DNA of 30,031 nt, from positions 1 through 30,031 of the forward strand of contig JBHIAV010000036.1 in the NCBI GenBank assembly GCA_046758745.1. The letters run 5' to 3'. Both the position numbers and the translations under genes were made by a program. Position 1 is the first letter of the stretch, and each line of letters begins with the position of its first letter. Shown here one piece after another: positions 26,538-30,031 of this stretch. The DNA comes from Gemmatimonadota bacterium. Lineage in GTDB: Bacteria; Gemmatimonadota; Gemmatimonadetes; Palauibacterales; Palauibacteraceae. The notes beneath the pieces were generated by a model. It was given only the letters and a program-made list of their open reading frames with translations, searched no databases and had not been told where the DNA came from.

Positions 26538-26715
26538 GAAGCTTGGCATTAGACTAGTAGGGTCACCGTGCTACTCCTGCACCAGTCGCAGCGCATTACG
26601 TCCACCGGCGATTCCATCGCGTCGCTCGCTCGCCGACACGCTGTCCCGCAGCGCCTCCAGTTCCGGAATTCGCCCTGTGCGCCGATCGTGCCAAGGACCC
26701 CCGCTAGGCCGCGAC

Positions 26716-28116
26716 TCAAAAGGCAAGGTGTAGAGCAACACGGCCGAACTCTTCAAACAATGGTAGGTCAGGTGCTCTTTCGCTGCTCCAGCTATATCCG
26801 ATCATCAGCATTGTGTTCGAGCTCAGCAACATCAGGAGATCCGAGGAATATCGCTGGAAGCTCGAGGGAAAGCCTGCGGGGAATCCATCTACATCCACTC
26901 GTTCATAGCGGAACCCCGGTACTAGCCAAGGAAAGATGTATACTTGAGCCTCTCCGGTCGTGACTGTGGCGGACGGATTGTTCAGTGACGGTCTCTGCAA
27001 CTTGTCGTCGAAGAACTGTACCGATGCCAACAGGCTCAGATATCCGTTCTCCTGTTCCCACCTTGCATCCAGGCCCCAGCGCTTGAAGTCATTCCCGCCT
27101 GCCAAGAAGGACTCGGGGTCTTCCTGATCGAGCAGAAATCCAGACGTCCCGCTGTAAAAGAATCCTCCCGCTGAAAACGCGCCGCGAAGCCAGGTGTTAT
27201 AGTTGACGCGAGCGTAGTAGTCCTTCGCGTCATTATAATCGAACTCTCCTCCCCCTCCTTCGTACGCCTCCTTGAGTTCGCGGACGAGCTCTCCTACCGG
27301 GCCATCCGCGTCCTCCAGCGCCTCGAACGCCCCACCAGGCTCTCCGTTGACGAGCCCGACAGAATAGTCGACATCGCCCACTCCACCCGGGCCAGTGAGG
27401 CGACCAAAGACCTCGACTCCTTTCTGGTTTGGCGAGAATCCGAAGAAGTTCTGCGCAGGAATAACAGGAAAGACGCCGTTGAGATACGGCGTAATGCGCA
27501 GCAACCGCCGGTGGTTGGAGAAGGGTATCGCTCGAGGTTCGAATTGTCCCACCCGAACGTTAAAGGCAAGCCCCTGGTTGTACTGGAGAAAAAGTCGATC
27601 TATTCCCTCGAAGCGTCCCTCCTCGATAAGAGCGACATTGCCGAAGAACGAAAAATACTCGCCCATCGCGCCACCGAAGATCAGCCCGACGGAACTGATT
27701 CCGGCAAACTCCTGGTTGACCTCCGCTCCGGGACGGTATCTATAGTCCGAGATCACTTGAAACGAGGCGACGGAGGTGGCCGGTATATCGATGAAAGGTA
27801 TCTGGCTCGGTCTCTTCTTCCCGGTCGCCTCAACCTCCGGTCCCAATGGAAGAGGCTGTTCGCCGGCCAGCGTTTCCCCAGCACCCGGCAAACGGTAGCC
27901 CTTTGCCCGAAAAAGCTTGCCGTACTCGGTAAGAGACGGGAATACCGTGTGGCAGGTGCTGCAACTCAAGTTGTATCGGCGCGCAAAACTAGGGACAGAT
28001 GTTTCCGTCGGGGATAGTGACGGGTGGGGGACGATCGCCGGCGCCACCACAAGCGCGGGAGCCAGCACGCTCGCCAGGTTCAGGTGAGTCGCGCAAAGCT
28101 TATTGAGCAGATGCAT
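26716..28116 (-). CDS. cyc2: Cyc2-like fused monoheme cytochrome-porin
   Basis: N-terminal signature VPSFARRYNLSCSTCHTVFPSLTEYGKLFRAKGY followed by an amphipathic beta-strand barrel (NVRVGQFEP, terminal ALHLAF). Confidence 0.78.
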   Translation of the reverse strand: MHLLNKLCATHLNLASVLAPALVVAPAIVPHPSLSPTETSVPSFARRYNLSCSTCHTVFPSLTEYGKLFRAKGYRLPGAGETLAGEQPLPLGPEVEATGKKRPSQIPFIDIPATSVASFQVISDYRYRPGAEVNQEFAGISSVGLIFGGAMGEYFSFFGNVALIEEGRFEGIDRLFLQYNQGLAFNVRVGQFEPRAIPFSNHRRLLRITPYLNGVFPVIPAQNFFGFSPNQKGVEVFGRLTGPGGVGDVDYSVGLVNGEPGGAFEALEDADGPVGELVRELKEAYEGGGGEFDYNDAKDYYARVNYNTWLRGAFSAGGFFYSGTSGFLLDQEDPESFLAGGNDFKRWGLDARWEQENGYLSLLASVQFFDDKLQRPSLNNPSATVTTGEAQVYIFPWLVPGFRYERVDVDGFPAGFPSSFQRYSSDLLMLLSSNTMLMIGYSWSSERAPDLPLFEEFGRVALHLAF

Positions 28117-28181
28117 GGCCCGCTACCCTTCGCCGGCTGCTCAGTGAACGGAAAGAGTGTCAGAAAGGCACGCCGGCCCGG

Positions 28182-28940
28182 CTATTTCGCGATGATCGAA
28201 AGCAAGTAGTTCGTCAGATCCCACATCTGATCCTCACTGAGTGCATCGAGCCAACTCGGCATGGGAGTGCCGCCGATTCCTACAGCGATGCTTCGGAAGA
28301 TGTCCTGCGGCCGGTTGCCCCCACGCCAGTTTCGTGAAACCGTCAGGTCAGCCGGGACGATCGGGTAATCCCAGTCGTCAGTTAAGTCGCCCGACGCCGG
28401 ACCGTCGCCTTTCCCGAGAAAACCATGGCATTTCCAACACTCGACTTCCAGATAAAGCCGTCTGCCGTTGGCGACACTTTCCGGGTACGGCGGCTTGGGC
28501 GTTCCGATCTCGATCGGCACCGGCACATCTTCCTCGTCGAAGCTGCGTGCCAGGGTCTTCACATAGGCCACCAGCTGCCAGCGTTGCTTCTCAATCAGGT
28601 TTGACCAGGCCGGCATCGTGGTTCCGGGAAGCCCCCGGGTGAGCGTACCAAAGAGATCCTGATCGGTGGGGAGACTGCCGGTCGGAGTGGAGCGGATCTT
28701 GAAAAGCCCCCGCGTCAGGTCTCTCGGCTTAGGGAAGATATACCTCGCGACGGGGCCGTCCCCCCTGCCCTTCGTGCCGTGACAGAAGACACATTTCCTG
28801 CGGTAAAGCCGTTTCCCGGCGGTCACCGCCCCGTCTTGGGCTATCCAGCTCTCTCCCGCCGCCGATTGCGCTTGCAGCTCAGTCGGCATCCCCGCACATG
28901 CGAGGATCACGACAGCGGCTATCGTACGCTGCTTGCTCAT
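28182..28940 (-). CDS. periplasmic diheme cytochrome c
   Basis: CVFCHG..GRGDGP...PKPRDLT.G.FK.RST...MPAW; CWKCHG..GKGDGP...GTPMPSW. Start set at MSKQRT. Confidence 0.9.
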   Translation of the reverse strand: MSKQRTIAAVVILACAGMPTELQAQSAAGESWIAQDGAVTAGKRLYRRKCVFCHGTKGRGDGPVARYIFPKPRDLTRGLFKIRSTPTGSLPTDQDLFGTLTRGLPGTTMPAWSNLIEKQRWQLVAYVKTLARSFDEEDVPVPIEIGTPKPPYPESVANGRRLYLEVECWKCHGFLGKGDGPASGDLTDDWDYPIVPADLTVSRNWRGGNRPQDIFRSIAVGIGGTPMPSWLDALSEDQMWDLTNYLLSIIAK

Positions 28941-28998
28941 CGGATACCGATCGCCGCCTCGGCCCAGGGTTCCAATCTCGTGTGGGGCACCCGGTGGC

Positions 28999-29742
28999 TT
29001 ATCTCGCCTCCAGCTCCACGTCAACGCGCACCTTTCCGGCATCGGGAATGGTCACCTGTCGAGTCTGGGTGCCAAGCCTCTCGTGCCACACCTCCAGCGT
29101 GTACCTGCCCGGGGGCACCTCCTCGAGTTGGTACGAGCCGTTCTCGTCCGTGACCGCATAGTAGGGGTGGGCCGCCACTACGATCCACGCTTCCATCCAC
29201 TCGTGGATGTCACACTCGACCCGGATCCTCTCCGGTTGCCTGAACTTGACCTGGAGCTTCTTCAGCATCCCCGGTTGCGCCTTGTTGATCGGGCGATTCT
29301 CTGAGCTGCGGGTGCTGAAGTTGTGAAGAATGCCATCGCTGTTGAGGACAGCGAACGGCGCCCCGGCCGGAACGACGAGCACGTGAGGGGCGAAACGGCA
29401 GCCCCTCTGGTCGAGGGCTCGAGGCTCGCTCTGGGTGCCGAACGGCTTGCCTTCCGTTATATCGCTTAGGGAAACGACCGCATTCCGCAATCCGTTCGTC
29501 CCGCTCTTTACGAGAAGATCTTCGGCAACTTTCGGCTCTGCTCCGCAGACCTCGTGGTCTTTGGTAACTTCAAGACGTGTGGGTGCTGGTAGCGTGCCCG
29601 TAACCGTAACGCTGCCGATGATTTGTCCGCCGCCCTCCACCTCGCGCGCGTTGTAGGCAGGAGCCTGCTGGGAATAGCCAAAGGATGCGGTTGTGGCCGT
29701 CCAGGCAACCACCATGAGTACCGAGTAGCGCCGTTTCAGCAT
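28999..29742 (-). CDS. secreted protein with a cupredoxin-like domain and a carboxypeptidase-regulatory-like Ig domain
   Basis: LDQRGCRFAPHV, NSDGILHN, CDIHEWM (H...C-x2-H-x2-M), HPYYAVTD.NG.Y.L..VPPG.YTL.VWHE.LG. Start set at MLKRRY. Confidence 0.82.
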   Translation of the reverse strand: MLKRRYSVLMVVAWTATTASFGYSQQAPAYNAREVEGGGQIIGSVTVTGTLPAPTRLEVTKDHEVCGAEPKVAEDLLVKSGTNGLRNAVVSLSDITEGKPFGTQSEPRALDQRGCRFAPHVLVVPAGAPFAVLNSDGILHNFSTRSSENRPINKAQPGMLKKLQVKFRQPERIRVECDIHEWMEAWIVVAAHPYYAVTDENGSYQLEEVPPGRYTLEVWHERLGTQTRQVTIPDAGKVRVDVELEAR

Positions 29743-30031
29743 CTGCGTTCTCCGGGCGCTCGATGCCGCTGGATCACGCGAGCGCACTAAGCGGTTCGAG
29801 GCACTAGGGGGGGTGGAGAGGAGTTCTTGTTTGCGAGTGGAAATGCGAAACGTTCTGGACCACAGCTTCGCCGCCTGCGCTTCTGCGGCACTCCGATTGA
29901 TGGTACGAATTCCGGGCTCGGCACCCTCAAGGTTTCCTCACCTTGTTCGACATCTAATCTATAGCCGACAGTGTGGCTCGTCTGTCGGGAGAGGCCCGAG
30001 CGCGCCTGTCGGGGATCTCCCCTCCCGCATG

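Noticed and set aside
1-30031. CRISPR array, tRNA/rRNA, intact transposase or integrase, selenocysteine read-through
   Set aside because: No regularly spaced repeats, RNA-gene signatures or recombinase motifs seen; no gene needs an in-frame TGA to be complete.

Overview
Bacterial window with three compositional blocks. (1) 1-~2940 has lower GC. It holds the end of a cytochrome c gene, a collagen-stalked lipoprotein with an apparently circularly permuted EB_dh/DOMON-like heme domain, and gene remnants. (2) ~2945-11490 is high GC (~70% in the one line counted) and holds housekeeping/accessory genes: an NTPase apparently fused to an Nramp-family transporter, an AI-2E transporter, a PIN-toxin relic, a DUF481 barrel, a cupin, a PLP decarboxylase and an ACE-like M2 peptidase. 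(3) ~11530-29750 is an ~18 kb cell-envelope redox island built around a CusRS/CzcRS-type two-component system. It encodes a porin plus 12-heme lipoprotein pair; two paralogous operons behind a duplicated promoter (cupredoxin / porin / diheme cytochrome c, one continuing into a menaquinol-type Rieske-cytochrome b-cc complex, the other adding a His-rich lipoprotein); and a convergent lower-GC operon of a cupredoxin-domain protein, a diheme cytochrome c and a Cyc2-like cytochrome-porin fusion. I count 23 CxxCH motifs, 4 outer-membrane barrels and 2 intact type-1 copper domains in the island, with no metal efflux pump or terminal oxidase in the window. The best candidate for an undescribed system is a metal-regulated outer-membrane-to-quinone electron conduit; this function is inferred, not shown. 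Several single-base indels suggest assembly errors or local decay. No rRNA, tRNA or CRISPR array was seen. All family calls are by motif recognition, without database searches.
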